A DNA stretch of 60,123 bases, counting the filler. It is 4 parts of 4 records of this genome, joined end to end, with 100 filler letters (N's around TTAATTAATTAA, not from the genome) between each part and the next. Parts side by side here need not be neighbours in the genome. Positions count along the whole stretch, not along the records: positions 6,451 to 35,340 come from SRR22947725_2955; 3 more parts are not named here. The stretch is one strand, 5' to 3'. Of this stretch, positions 10,017-19,906 are shown one piece after another (position 1 is the first letter of the stretch; each line of letters opens with the position of its first letter). The position numbers were made by a program, and so were the translations under genes. The notes under the pieces were generated by a model. That model was given only the letters and a program-made list of their open reading frames with translations. It was not told where the DNA came from and did not search any database.

Positions 10017-10390
10017 CTAAGAATTTCTGATGGCCTCAAGCTCCATGCGGCAGACTTGCCATTCATCTTATACTTTAACGCCTGTTTTTCGATAACACGT
10101 AACATTATTATTATTACAAACAAAAATCACCCATCCAAGTCGCGCATAGTGGTGATCAAGTGCAAGTTGTGCCACGAACTTCAGTATGACATTTCCATAC
10201 ACCGGACGATCCTCAAAATATCTAATGGACACTTTGGCTGCTGGTTTGTTTCCGAAGAAACATGGTGATTATCAGTTCTCGGTTGCTGTGACCCGATCTG
10301 CCATTCCTTCGTAACTGGCGATGGCTTTAATGAATTCCACGATTAAAGAAACATCGTTGATAGTGGCTTTAAGGCTGTAATCAATGGAGG
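10017..10390 (-). pseudogene. Degraded GNAT (diamine acetyltransferase-like) pseudogene
   Basis: Manual translation: KATINDVSLIVEFIKAIASYEGMADRVTATEN**..FFGNKPAAKV..EDRPV, then frameshift and deletion, then YGNVILKFVAQLALDHHYARLGWVI..YRKTG..*DEWQVCRM. Confidence 0.75.
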
Positions 10391-10407
10391 TCTGAAGAAG
10401 GTGGTAT

Positions 10408-11142
10408 TCATTTTGTAGACGCTTCATCAGAATTGATATTTTCCCTAATGTTGACCAAAGCTTCGGCAGCTGCATGAAATTCCGCTTCTTTTTTGCTCTT
10501 ACCACAGCCACGTCCAAGTTCCTTCTCACCATGTAGTACGGCACATTCAAAAGAGCGGTCATGGTCAGGCCCACTGACATTCAATAATTCATAATGTGGT
10601 GGCTGGTTGGATTGTATCTGAAGGTATTCCTGCAATTCACCCTTCGGATTTTCCAAGTTGGGGAGTATCTGAAGCTCACCTAAATGGTCGTTGAAAAATC
10701 TCAGAATAAATTCTTTTGTCCCTTCGTATCCAGCATCAATGAAAACAGCTCCTACAATGGCTTCAAATGCATCCGCAAGGGCACTGGATCTTTCCCTGCC
10801 GCCGCTGAGCTCCTCTCCTCGACTCATCAGCAGACAAGAGCCAAGATCGATGATTTTGGCTAAATTAGCCAATGTGCGTCGATTTACAAGTTGGGCTCGG
10901 GCTTTGGTCAGAGGTCCTTCATCGTGTTCAGAGTAACGTTGATATAGCTCCAGAGTGATAATCAGTTGAAGCACCGCATCCCCGAGGAATTCCAAACGTT
11001 GGTTATTGTCAAGAGATCGGGCATCTAATCCGGAAAAGGATCGGTGAGTAAGGGCCAGCTGAATTTGTTTTTTGTCCCTGAATGTATACTGAATTCTGGA
11101 TTCCAGTCGGAGGATTAATGTTTCGAAATCAGGCTTCTGCAT
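10408..11142 (-). CDS. rnc: Ribonuclease III
   Basis: ALTHRS, NQRLEFLGDAVL, ADAFEA, dsRBD NPKGELQE...GPDH. Confidence 0.98.
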   Translation of the reverse strand: MQKPDFETLILRLESRIQYTFRDKKQIQLALTHRSFSGLDARSLDNNQRLEFLGDAVLQLIITLELYQRYSEHDEGPLTKARAQLVNRRTLANLAKIIDLGSCLLMSRGEELSGGRERSSALADAFEAIVGAVFIDAGYEGTKEFILRFFNDHLGELQILPNLENPKGELQEYLQIQSNQPPHYELLNVSGPDHDRSFECAVLHGEKELGRGCGKSKKEAEFHAAAEALVNIRENINSDEASTK

Positions 11143-11761
11143 GGATTTCCTCCTTTTCCTGATTGATTTCTCCGCTGATTACTTGCGCATTGGAGGCGTT
11201 TGTTCCCTGTTTTGGGCTTGCTGGATCTCCATTTTCAGATTCGAGTTCATGTGGAAGCCCGTTCTCCATTAGTTCAGCTACATCATGCTGAATGCGTCCT
11301 AGCTTCTCCGCGCTTAAATCAGGTTCTGCAATGGTAAAGACATCGCCTGTCTTTGCATGCTCGTATATGAAAATCCGTTGCCCTTTCTCGCGGACTTGTC
11401 CCCTTACTTTCAAAACCCTCTTTCGTTCCAGCATTACGGCCAGGATGTAAAGCGCTCCGGCATAATGCGGTAGCTTTTTCTCACTCAGTTTCCTGAGAAG
11501 AGATTCCGCTGTATCCTTGCGGATTGCTTCAGGTGGAGGTGGGGGAGGGGATTCGTAGCGACCCTGCCAATGGGAAATAAATCCCTTCGCAGCACCTGAA
11601 GTGTCCGAAAATTGACCTTTCCAGCAGGTATCGCATACATCCTGCCTTTCGTAAGTTCCCTTTTGGGAAAATAGAAGGCTATGATAGATTTGCCGGTCCT
11701 CAAAACCTTTGTCACAACCGTGACATAGTCGGGACCTGGATTGAATATTCCAGTCGTTCAT
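11129..11761 (-). CDS. Hypothetical protein with two CxxC pairs
   Basis: 210-aa ORF with CHGC and CDTC and a Pro-rich linker; overlaps the rnc start. Confidence 0.75.
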   Translation of the reverse strand: MNDWNIQSRSRLCHGCDKGFEDRQIYHSLLFSQKGTYERQDVCDTCWKGQFSDTSGAAKGFISHWQGRYESPPPPPPEAIRKDTAESLLRKLSEKKLPHYAGALYILAVMLERKRVLKVRGQVREKGQRIFIYEHAKTGDVFTIAEPDLSAEKLGRIQHDVAELMENGLPHELESENGDPASPKQGTNASNAQVISGEINQEKEEIHAEA

Positions 11762-12297
11762 TTCAGCTTACAATTCGGGTGTCATATTTGGACAACATGT
11801 GCGTAAGCCTTTGTAGGGAAACGTCAAAACGAGGGTCCTTGTGGTATGAACGGATGGACACTCGTTTTGCTGCATCTGGCCTCCAAAGACAGCGGCGCTT
11901 AGAATTATGTAGAATACTTATCATGGGGCAGCTCTGTATTCAATCGAGAATCTACATATTGTGAATCCTGTCCTTGTGGATAAAGGGAGGAATCAGCGCT
12001 ACTGCAAGCCCTCTAGAGCCTCGCGCTCATTATCGCATTTTTCGGGTGAAAGTTTTCCAATTCGATCCTCCTTCTCTTTTGTATCCTTTTGTTGAGATCA
12101 GAGAGTCTAAAATAATATTCCGTAAACGCGGGTGGATACTGAGCCCGCCATCCGAGACTGAACTCAAGAAATAATGAGGAATTCCAGTGCACATCTCAGG
12201 ATCGAAAATCCTTGGTGATTCATTTTTGAATGAGTTTATCACCCTTGCAAAGCCCCTGATCTTAACAATCATCATTACCAATCAGAGTGAGAGAACC

Positions 12298-13518
12298 TCA
12301 AATTTCGAGTTTAATCTTCCTGGGCCATTGTTGATACGCTTCCCAGTAAGTCTTTTTCAAAGAAATCTCATCATCCTCTGCTGATGGCTGAATGCGTTCA
12401 TTTACGTCAATGGCTCTTGAAACAAGCTGGTGTTCTCCTGGAGTCACATGTGCCAGATCAATCCAAAAAAACCGCCAACAGTATTTGTGACGTGGAATGG
12501 ATTCATCCCATCGTGCGGTCTGCCACTGACCATCATTCAATTTCACTTCCACTCGATCAATATCGGTCCCATCACTCCATGCTGCTCCGTAGGCTCTGAG
12601 TGGAATTTTACCGTTTTGAGAGGGCCGTCGAGTCACACGGCCTATGATGGACTTCAGGTTCATGCGAGTGACAGATGTTTCCACGTAGGTAAGTTCCTGA
12701 TCCGTTTTTTCACCGCGAACTGTGACGTAATCACGAGCCATGTAACGGCCCATGTAACGACGATCCCTGAGTTCAATGCGAGTCAGCCATTTGACATTGG
12801 CAACGCCATACCAACCCGGAACGATAAGTCTGAGGGGAGCCCCATTGCGGAATTCCATGGGCTGATCATTTCGATTATACGCAAGGAGCAGCGGAAGACT
12901 CATGGCGTTTTCCAGGGTCATGCTTCGCCCGAAAGGAACTTCGATTTTCAATTCCCTTGAAGTTCCTTCCCGCAATACCTCCTCTTTGGTGTCTTTTCCG
13001 TAGAATACAATTTCGGTGGCCTTGGGGTTCAATCCGCATTTTTTCAGCAGCGGAGCGAGGTGAGTGCCTGTCCATTTGCTGTTGTAAATCGCATCCATGA
13101 ACCCCTTGCTCGCTCCGTTGCCGGAACATTCAAGCGTCATATATTGATGCTGTTGAGGCATGGCGCGAATCTGATCCATGGTCAAAGTCAGTGACTTCTT
13201 CACAAGCCCACTTATTGATAGAGTAAATTTATCCTCATCAAACTCCGGCATCCCGTAATGTTGAACATTGAAGACCTGATCCTGCGGCGTGATGTATTCA
13301 CCGAGCATTTCCCAATCCAAACGGTTCTCGCGAGCTCTGGGCATGCCCTCGAAGGGAACCCCTGTTTCGTCAGCTTGCTGCTGCTCAAATGCCCCCCAGA
13401 CGGATCCCGGTAAAGCCATAGATAACCCGGTCCACTGAATACTTTTACCGATTGCCTGACGGCGACTCAGTTTGTTTTTTGGTTTTTCGACTGGATCGCT
13501 AGTCCGTTGATTTTTCAT
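12298..13518 (-). CDS. Sulfite oxidase family molybdoenzyme, Tat-exported
   Basis: SRRQAI Tat motif, LECSGN Mo-ligand Cys, GAPLRLIVPGWYGVANVKWL, C-terminal dimerisation domain (VSRAID). Confidence 0.9.
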   Translation of the reverse strand: MKNQRTSDPVEKPKNKLSRRQAIGKSIQWTGLSMALPGSVWGAFEQQQADETGVPFEGMPRARENRLDWEMLGEYITPQDQVFNVQHYGMPEFDEDKFTLSISGLVKKSLTLTMDQIRAMPQQHQYMTLECSGNGASKGFMDAIYNSKWTGTHLAPLLKKCGLNPKATEIVFYGKDTKEEVLREGTSRELKIEVPFGRSMTLENAMSLPLLLAYNRNDQPMEFRNGAPLRLIVPGWYGVANVKWLTRIELRDRRYMGRYMARDYVTVRGEKTDQELTYVETSVTRMNLKSIIGRVTRRPSQNGKIPLRAYGAAWSDGTDIDRVEVKLNDGQWQTARWDESIPRHKYCWRFFWIDLAHVTPGEHQLVSRAIDVNERIQPSAEDDEISLKKTYWEAYQQWPRKIKLEI

Positions 13519-13557
13519 GTTTGGTTATAAATGTCCTGCATGATTGTTCTGAGGGTT

Positions 13558-14313
13558 CTATTCCGATTGTGCCTTCAAGTGTTCAGGCGTCAAGACGATG
13601 TTCCATCGTGTCTCGGATGATTGTTTCAATTTCCTTACTTCAGTTTCCAGATACAAGCCTCCCGCAGGATGAACAACCCGTAACTGATAATCTCCCGAGG
13701 GAATTTTTGAAAACTCAAATGCTCCCGACTTGGTTGTCTGTTGGAAATACGGATGATTAAACACACAAATCCAGCCTTTCATGGAACCATGAAATACACA
13801 GTGAATATTCAGAGGGTTTTCAGCTCCTTTGGCAACTTTGGGTTCATGAAGATGTTCCTGGTTTTTGCCTAAATTGATATTGAAAGGGGGATTGTCATTC
13901 AGGCACATCACATTGTGATAGGCTTCCTCGCTATTTTTAAATCGAACTTTGTCGCCGCTTTGAATTGCAATCATCTCAGGAATAAACATGAAGTTTTCCT
14001 GGTCCATCAAATGTGTTTTGATTTTCCGTTCAGTATCGACGACGAATTGCTTTTTGTCATCGCCGGGAACGAGTTCGACGACGGCCTCAGCGAGATAGTG
14101 CTCTGGTCCATTTAAATAATAGCGTCCAAATTTCCACGGTTTTTGCGGATCGGGTTTGTAAGTAATCCTGCCTTGTAGCTTGAGTGTTTTAAGGTTTCCC
14201 TTAAGTAATTTATGTTGTGTGGTTTCTGCAGGTAAGGGAATCCAGGATGCAATAGAAAAGAAAATGAATATCAAGAAGCTGTGATATTCACTGGAGTACA
14301 TTAATTTTGTCAT
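13558..14313 (-). CDS. Exported cupredoxin-like / carboxypeptidase-regulatory-like domain protein
   Basis: DQENFMFIP, GDKVRFKN, HNV and CVFHGSM (type-1 Cu ligands H, C, H, M); C-terminal G.F....PSGDYQL beta-sandwich. Confidence 0.7.
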   Translation of the reverse strand: MTKLMYSSEYHSFLIFIFFSIASWIPLPAETTQHKLLKGNLKTLKLQGRITYKPDPQKPWKFGRYYLNGPEHYLAEAVVELVPGDDKKQFVVDTERKIKTHLMDQENFMFIPEMIAIQSGDKVRFKNSEEAYHNVMCLNDNPPFNINLGKNQEHLHEPKVAKGAENPLNIHCVFHGSMKGWICVFNHPYFQQTTKSGAFEFSKIPSGDYQLRVVHPAGGLYLETEVRKLKQSSETRWNIVLTPEHLKAQSE

Positions 14314-15129
14314 TTGCTCTACCTGAAGAATTCACATGATTGAACATGCTTTTTATCCATCATCGTGACAATTTGCAAACCAACGTTATTCTTTTGTTTT
14401 ACATGGATAAGGTTCCGCAGCAATCCCATGATCCTGAAAAGTGGCTTCTAGAAGCGAAGTATATCCACCAAATTTTAAACTCCAATACTCATTGGAAATG
14501 GATCAGCGCAATTACGATTTTCAAAGAATATTCGCGCTGGTCTTATCACCACAGGAATTATGTCTGAAACGAGATTCCAAGATGCTCAATCAGGGCGTAA
14601 AGTGTCGAGCAGGTCCGATGGAGTTCTCTTGTCCGTGGAACATGAAAGGTCCGCGACTGGGCGAGATATGGAGCTTCTAATTGGCTTTTGGATAATGGTG
14701 CAATCACATACTTACACCCTTTCGGCTATTAGAGCTGAAGGACGGTTTTTCCCGACGCTTGAAGGTCTTGGCTCTTAAAATCTAAATCGAATGCCATCAT
14801 CATTTGTGCACAGGGGCAACCTCCGTTATTTAATATTTGCCTAAGCTGTTCGTGGTTGGATGCATCATCGTGACTGTAGCTGGTTTCCAATTCAAAACGC
14901 CAGCAATCATCAAATACTAACGCAAAGATTCACCTGTAATAGGTTTGGGGATAGGGGATGTGTGGCTTGTGAATTACACAAGCGCGGGGTCCTGGTTATC
15001 GATTCCGGTTCCCTGAGGGGATTCCGCTGTCGGCCAAAGTTCAAAAGGCTGAAATGGCCCTGATGCTGTTCATACAAACTTCCTTGATAGAAGATTGTAA
15101 CTCAAATTAAAAAATGAGCCTCAGACGCT

Positions 15130-15161
15130 AAAAGCGCGAAGGAACAAGCCTTCGCGCTTTT
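15130..15161 (-). terminator. Intrinsic terminator of amt-glnK
   Basis: AAAAGCGCGAAGG-AACAAG-CCTTCGCGCTTTT perfect stem. Confidence 0.85.
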
Positions 15162-15185
15162 AAGAATAAATCGGCTTGCAGTAGG

Positions 15186-15605
<420 letters not shown>

Positions 15606-15683
15606 TTAGTTAATCTCTAGGAATTTTGATCTGCGGGCAATCATTTTTGAGCTGAATTCCGCATGATGCCACTGAAGGTCAGA

Positions 15684-17039
15684 TCAAGAGTTATAACCTG
15701 ATTCACCGTGGCATGCTTGATCGAGTCCCATCATTTCTTCCTCATCACTCACTCTCAAGCCCATTGTTTTATCAATGATGAATAAAGCAATGACTGAGAC
15801 AACACCGCTCCATGCAATCGTCACGATAACACTTTTAATTTGAGCAACAACTTGGAAACCAATACTTTGGATTTCCGTGTGGGAGCCTCCCAATGCAGGG
15901 GCGGCACACACACCTGTCAACACTGCTCCCACAACACCGCCCACTCCGTGAACACCAAAGACATCCAGACTGTCATCATAGCCAAATTTGTGTTTGAGGG
16001 AGGTTGCGGAGATATAACATACCGCACTGGAGCATAATCCTATCAGCAAAGCTCCCATGGGACCAGCACTCCCGGAAGCTGGCGTAATGGCTACTAATCC
16101 TGCAACAGCACCTGTTGCGATGCCAACTGCTGTTGGTCTTCCAGTTTTGATCCACTCTATGAACATCCATGTTATGGCAGCCATTGCGGTTGCAAGCTGC
16201 GTAACCAGCATTGCCATTCCAGCTACTCCATCTGCAGCCAGTTCGCTACCGGCATTGAACCCAAACCAGCCAACCCATAGCATGCCTGCTCCTATTAAGG
16301 TTAGCGGAACACTGTGAGGCTGCAATGCTGCACTACCAAATCCACGGCGTTTACCGACCATGATACAGGCCACGAGTCCCGCTATTCCGGCATTGATGTG
16401 AACAACAGTTCCACCGGCAAAATCCAAAACACCCCAACTGGCAAACAAAGCACCCTCACCGCCCCAAGCCATGTGACAAATTGGAAGGTAAGAAAAAGTA
16501 ACCCAAACTATGGTGAACACTATCATGGCGCTGAATTTAATGCGCTCGGCGAAAGCCCCAACGATCAGCGCAGGGGTAATGATAATGAACGTCATCTGAA
16601 AAGTGACGAAGACCGACTCAGGTATTGTTCCAGAAATGGAATCGACGTTTACTTTGCTTAAAAAGGCATTGCTTAAATCGCCTATAAGCCACTGCATATT
16701 ACCTCCGTTCCCAAATGCAAGGCTGTATCCATAAGTCACCCAGATGACACTCATGATGCCGACCATTGCAAAGCATTGTACTAACACAGAAAGTATGTTT
16801 TTGGACCGAACCAAACCGCCATAAAAGAGAGCCAGGCCCGGGATAGACATGAAAAGAACAAGGGCAGTTGCCGTTATCATCCAGGCGGTATCACCGGTAT
16901 CGAGTTGCGGGGTGATTTCAGCAGACTCAACGGTTTCCGCAGCTTTTTCTAACGCAGCGGTTGCGTCCTCTGCGGCGTTAAGCTGAAAACCAGTCCATAA
17001 AATAAGGCCGGCAATGAGTGTGATTGTAAGAACTCTCAT
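15684..17039 (-). CDS. amt: Ammonium transporter
   Basis: DTAW, PGLALFYGGLVR, DFAGGTVVHINAG, WFGFNAGS, DDSLDVFGVHG. Confidence 0.97.
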   Translation of the reverse strand: MRVLTITLIAGLILWTGFQLNAAEDATAALEKAAETVESAEITPQLDTGDTAWMITATALVLFMSIPGLALFYGGLVRSKNILSVLVQCFAMVGIMSVIWVTYGYSLAFGNGGNMQWLIGDLSNAFLSKVNVDSISGTIPESVFVTFQMTFIIITPALIVGAFAERIKFSAMIVFTIVWVTFSYLPICHMAWGGEGALFASWGVLDFAGGTVVHINAGIAGLVACIMVGKRRGFGSAALQPHSVPLTLIGAGMLWVGWFGFNAGSELAADGVAGMAMLVTQLATAMAAITWMFIEWIKTGRPTAVGIATGAVAGLVAITPASGSAGPMGALLIGLCSSAVCYISATSLKHKFGYDDSLDVFGVHGVGGVVGAVLTGVCAAPALGGSHTEIQSIGFQVVAQIKSVIVTIAWSGVVSVIALFIIDKTMGLRVSDEEEMMGLDQACHGESGYNS

Positions 17040-17099
17040 GATGTTTATTAATATTTATTTTGTGTCAATTGAGGTTTTTCAGGAATTGGCTCATTATAA

Positions 17100-17115
17100 A
17101 GCAACCACTGTGCCA
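17100..17115 (-). promoter_or_regulatory. Sigma-54 (-24/-12) promoter of amt-glnK
   Basis: Minus strand reads TGGCACAGTGGTTGCT, an exact match to TGGCAC-N5-TTGCW, about 60 nt upstream of amt. Confidence 0.85.
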
Positions 17116-17400
17116 TTGAATCAGTTGAGTAATTCGGGATATGCTTAAGCTGCACAAATACAACACGTAATGAAACACTGTTTGCTTAAATATAACTTTC
17201 AGATGATCAGTGATGGTTAAAAAAATACAATCTGGTAGAACTTCCCCACAGTAGAAGTGTCTTAAATTAGACACTTGGTTTATTTTTCTGCAAAGGGTTA
17301 ACGCAGTCCAGAGGAGACGGATTTTAGTGTCTATAGTTTTGTCTGACCCCTGATTATGGGCGTTGCCAAGTTGTTGCTTTACTTTTAAGTGATGGGAATC

Positions 17401-17883
17401 ATGGATATCAAAGTTGGAATTATTACCATTTCAGATCGTGCTTCGCAGGGGTTGTATGACGATTTAGGAGGACCTGCCCTTAAAAAAGCTTCTCAAGACT
17501 ATGAGTGGCAAGTGGTGGCTGAAACTCTAGTGGCAGATGAAAAACGTGACATTCAACGAGCTGTTTTAGAGCAAATTCGAAGTGGAGCGAACTTGGTATT
17601 GACGACTGGAGGAACTGGCGTGGCTTTACGCGATGTGACTCCGGAGGCAGTGCGTGAAATTGCGGTGCGAGAGTTACCCGGATTCGGAGAACTAATGCGA
17701 ATGGAGTCCTTGAAAATCACTCCGAATGCAATTCTTTCAAGGAGTCTTGCTGTCGTAGTCGAAAAAGGGCTTGTGATTTGTCTTCCGGGTAAACCTTCAG
17801 GTGCCGTTGAGTGTTTAGGTTTTGTGCTTGGCGCTATCCCACACTGTGTGGAGGTGGTTCAAGAGGTGCCGACAAGTTGCTGA
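17401..17883 (+). CDS. mog: Molybdopterin adenylyltransferase (MogA/MoaB family)
   Basis: ITISDRA, TTGGTG...RDVTPEA, LPGFGE, ILSR, LPGKP. Confidence 0.9.
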   Translation: MDIKVGIITISDRASQGLYDDLGGPALKKASQDYEWQVVAETLVADEKRDIQRAVLEQIRSGANLVLTTGGTGVALRDVTPEAVREIAVRELPGFGELMRMESLKITPNAILSRSLAVVVEKGLVICLPGKPSGAVECLGFVLGAIPHCVEVVQEVPTSC

Positions 17884-18256
17884 CTGCAGTGATAAATGGT
17901 TTTACTTCAGTCAACATTGAGGGCCTCAATGCATTAAAACCATTAGCGGAAACAGTTTACTTGCCTCACTTCGCCATGAAAGAGACTTTCACTGGAGATT
18001 TATGACTCATTCAGCGTTACAACTTCGAAGAGAGACAATGAGTTGAACTAAAGGGTTTGACTGGAGATTGCAGCTTACTTGATCGGATATGGTCTGTATT
18101 ATGGAAAAGCCTGATTTTGATCACTGTCACCTTGCAATGAATCGCAATGACAATGGTCTCGTCAAACGAGTTGTAAGCCGCAACGGATAATGTTGAGGTG
18201 CTCAAATATTGCCATTGATTTATCACAAGGGAATTGCTTATGTCCCAACTAATTTG

Positions 18257-19906
18257 ATGAAAAAGCTCAAGGCCATCACCTATTTCCTGCTGGGGGCAGC
18301 ATCACTGCTGAGTGCTGTGATGACCCCTGCCTATTTACGGTCAGTTGACTCTGGCGTCTTGCGGACAGCAGGAGGTAAACCTGGATTGATCAGCGAAGGG
18401 TTTGCCTTGCTACGCCTTGAAAAACCAGGCCCCGCGCACATCCTTTTTGAAAGCGCTCGTTTCAACGCATTGGATGGCGTAAAAGAGCTTGAAGAAGCTC
18501 TCGGAAAATATCGAAGTCAGGATCCTAAAGGATTTCAACAAGGAGATTCTGATGCTCTGATTAAGCGGTTTCTTGACAGCAACCCTTCAAATTCAAGGTT
18601 CGTGCTTGGGTGGATGGTGGCCAGTAATTTTCGCAAATCAGTTTTGAATCATCTCGAGCAATCAAATCGGCCCGGAGTTCAAACAATACTGAAAAATCGA
18701 AATTTACAGTCTTTGAATGTGTTTTACCCTGTTGCCAGTGCTGGCGGACAACCTTTCGATTCGGCACTGCTTTTGATCGGTCTTTTATACCAGGAAGATC
18801 ATCTAAGTTCTGAGTTTGGGCAACAGGTTGAGCTACTAGCAGCCCAAGTGAATCTAGGGAAAGACACACGGCATCTTGAAGCGATGTGTCTTGATATTTT
18901 GTCTCTTAGCAAGCGCATGAATTGGGGACAACTAACGACATTCATACAAAAAGTAGAATCTGTTGAGACTCTTCGTACGCTCACACATCACGCGATGCGT
19001 TCCGAAGAAATGTTGTCCATGGTTTACTCCTCGCTGCGGTTCGCTGAGTCGGGAGGCTTGCTGGCTGATTACCTGAGAAGATTTCCTGAGACAGCACCCA
19101 GGGATATTCAACTTGGCATCGTCAACGGGCAGGAGGCCCTGAGACATTTGTTACAAAAACAGGAACCTGTTTTTGTCTCATCTACACGCGAATGGCTCCG
19201 CAGTCATGGGTTGTTCAATGCGCCATCAGCACAATTATGCAAGCTGACCCTCCGCATGCCGATGTTTGCTCTCTTGTTCAAATATCTCCTCTATTTGTTT
19301 GGGATTTTTTTTATTATACGATTTCTTCATCAACTCAAGCCGGAACCGGAAGATGCCAGCGGGAAAATGCAGGTGGATGGAATCGGTTTTTTGCGTCAGC
19401 AAATCCTGACCCTCGTCTTTCTGGTTTTCGTAATAGTCCTGGGAGAACCTTTTCTTGCGCAGGACTCAAAAAAGGTGGAAAATACGGCCAAATGGAGATT
19501 TCCGGTCATGCAGTCCGCTGTTACGGATGACGTTGAATCAATTATGGAAACAAAAATAACACAAATCACCATTCTTGCCCTGGTTCTGTTTTTTCTGGTT
19601 CAGGTATGCATTTACGCATTATGCCTGGTTAAATTGAAAGAAATCAAAAAAGAGGATGCGCACAGTCGATTGAAATTGCGACTTCTGGATAACGAAGAAA
19701 ACTTATTCGACTCAGGGCTTTATCTTGGACTTGGAGGTACGGTTCTGTCTCTGGTAATGCTAGCGCTCGGTATTGTAAAACCGGGGTTAATGGCAGCTTA
19801 TTCTTCCACTTTATTTGGGATTATATTTGTGTCTGCACTGAAAATTTTCCATGTGCGTCCATACCGTCGAAAACTTATCGTTGAAAACGAAACTGAAAGA
19901 GCATGA
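18257..19906 (+). CDS. Multi-pass membrane protein with C-terminal MotA/TolQ/ExbB-like helices
   Basis: N-terminal hydrophobic segment, about 300-aa soluble region, then TM helices ending in GLYLGLGGTVLSL and GLMAAYSSTLFGI. The CDS is clear; the family call is by motif eye-match. Confidence 0.65.
   Translation: MKKLKAITYFLLGAASLLSAVMTPAYLRSVDSGVLRTAGGKPGLISEGFALLRLEKPGPAHILFESARFNALDGVKELEEALGKYRSQDPKGFQQGDSDALIKRFLDSNPSNSRFVLGWMVASNFRKSVLNHLEQSNRPGVQTILKNRNLQSLNVFYPVASAGGQPFDSALLLIGLLYQEDHLSSEFGQQVELLAAQVNLGKDTRHLEAMCLDILSLSKRMNWGQLTTFIQKVESVETLRTLTHHAMRSEEMLSMVYSSLRFAESGGLLADYLRRFPETAPRDIQLGIVNGQEALRHLLQKQEPVFVSSTREWLRSHGLFNAPSAQLCKLTLRMPMFALLFKYLLYLFGIFFIIRFLHQLKPEPEDASGKMQVDGIGFLRQQILTLVFLVFVIVLGEPFLAQDSKKVENTAKWRFPVMQSAVTDDVESIMETKITQITILALVLFFLVQVCIYALCLVKLKEIKKEDAHSRLKLRLLDNEENLFDSGLYLGLGGTVLSLVMLALGIVKPGLMAAYSSTLFGIIFVSALKIFHVRPYRRKLIVENETERA

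Noticed and set aside
10272-10580. 102-aa ORF overlapping the rnc 3' end
   Set aside because: Alternate-frame read-through into the GNAT pseudogene fragment; not an intact gene.
11975-11983. DnaA box (TGTGGATAA) suggesting oriC
   Set aside because: Single copy only; no box cluster, unwinding element or dnaA/gidA context.
17884-18256. Possible gene remnant between mog and the membrane pair
   Set aside because: All frames are interrupted and no family could be recognised.
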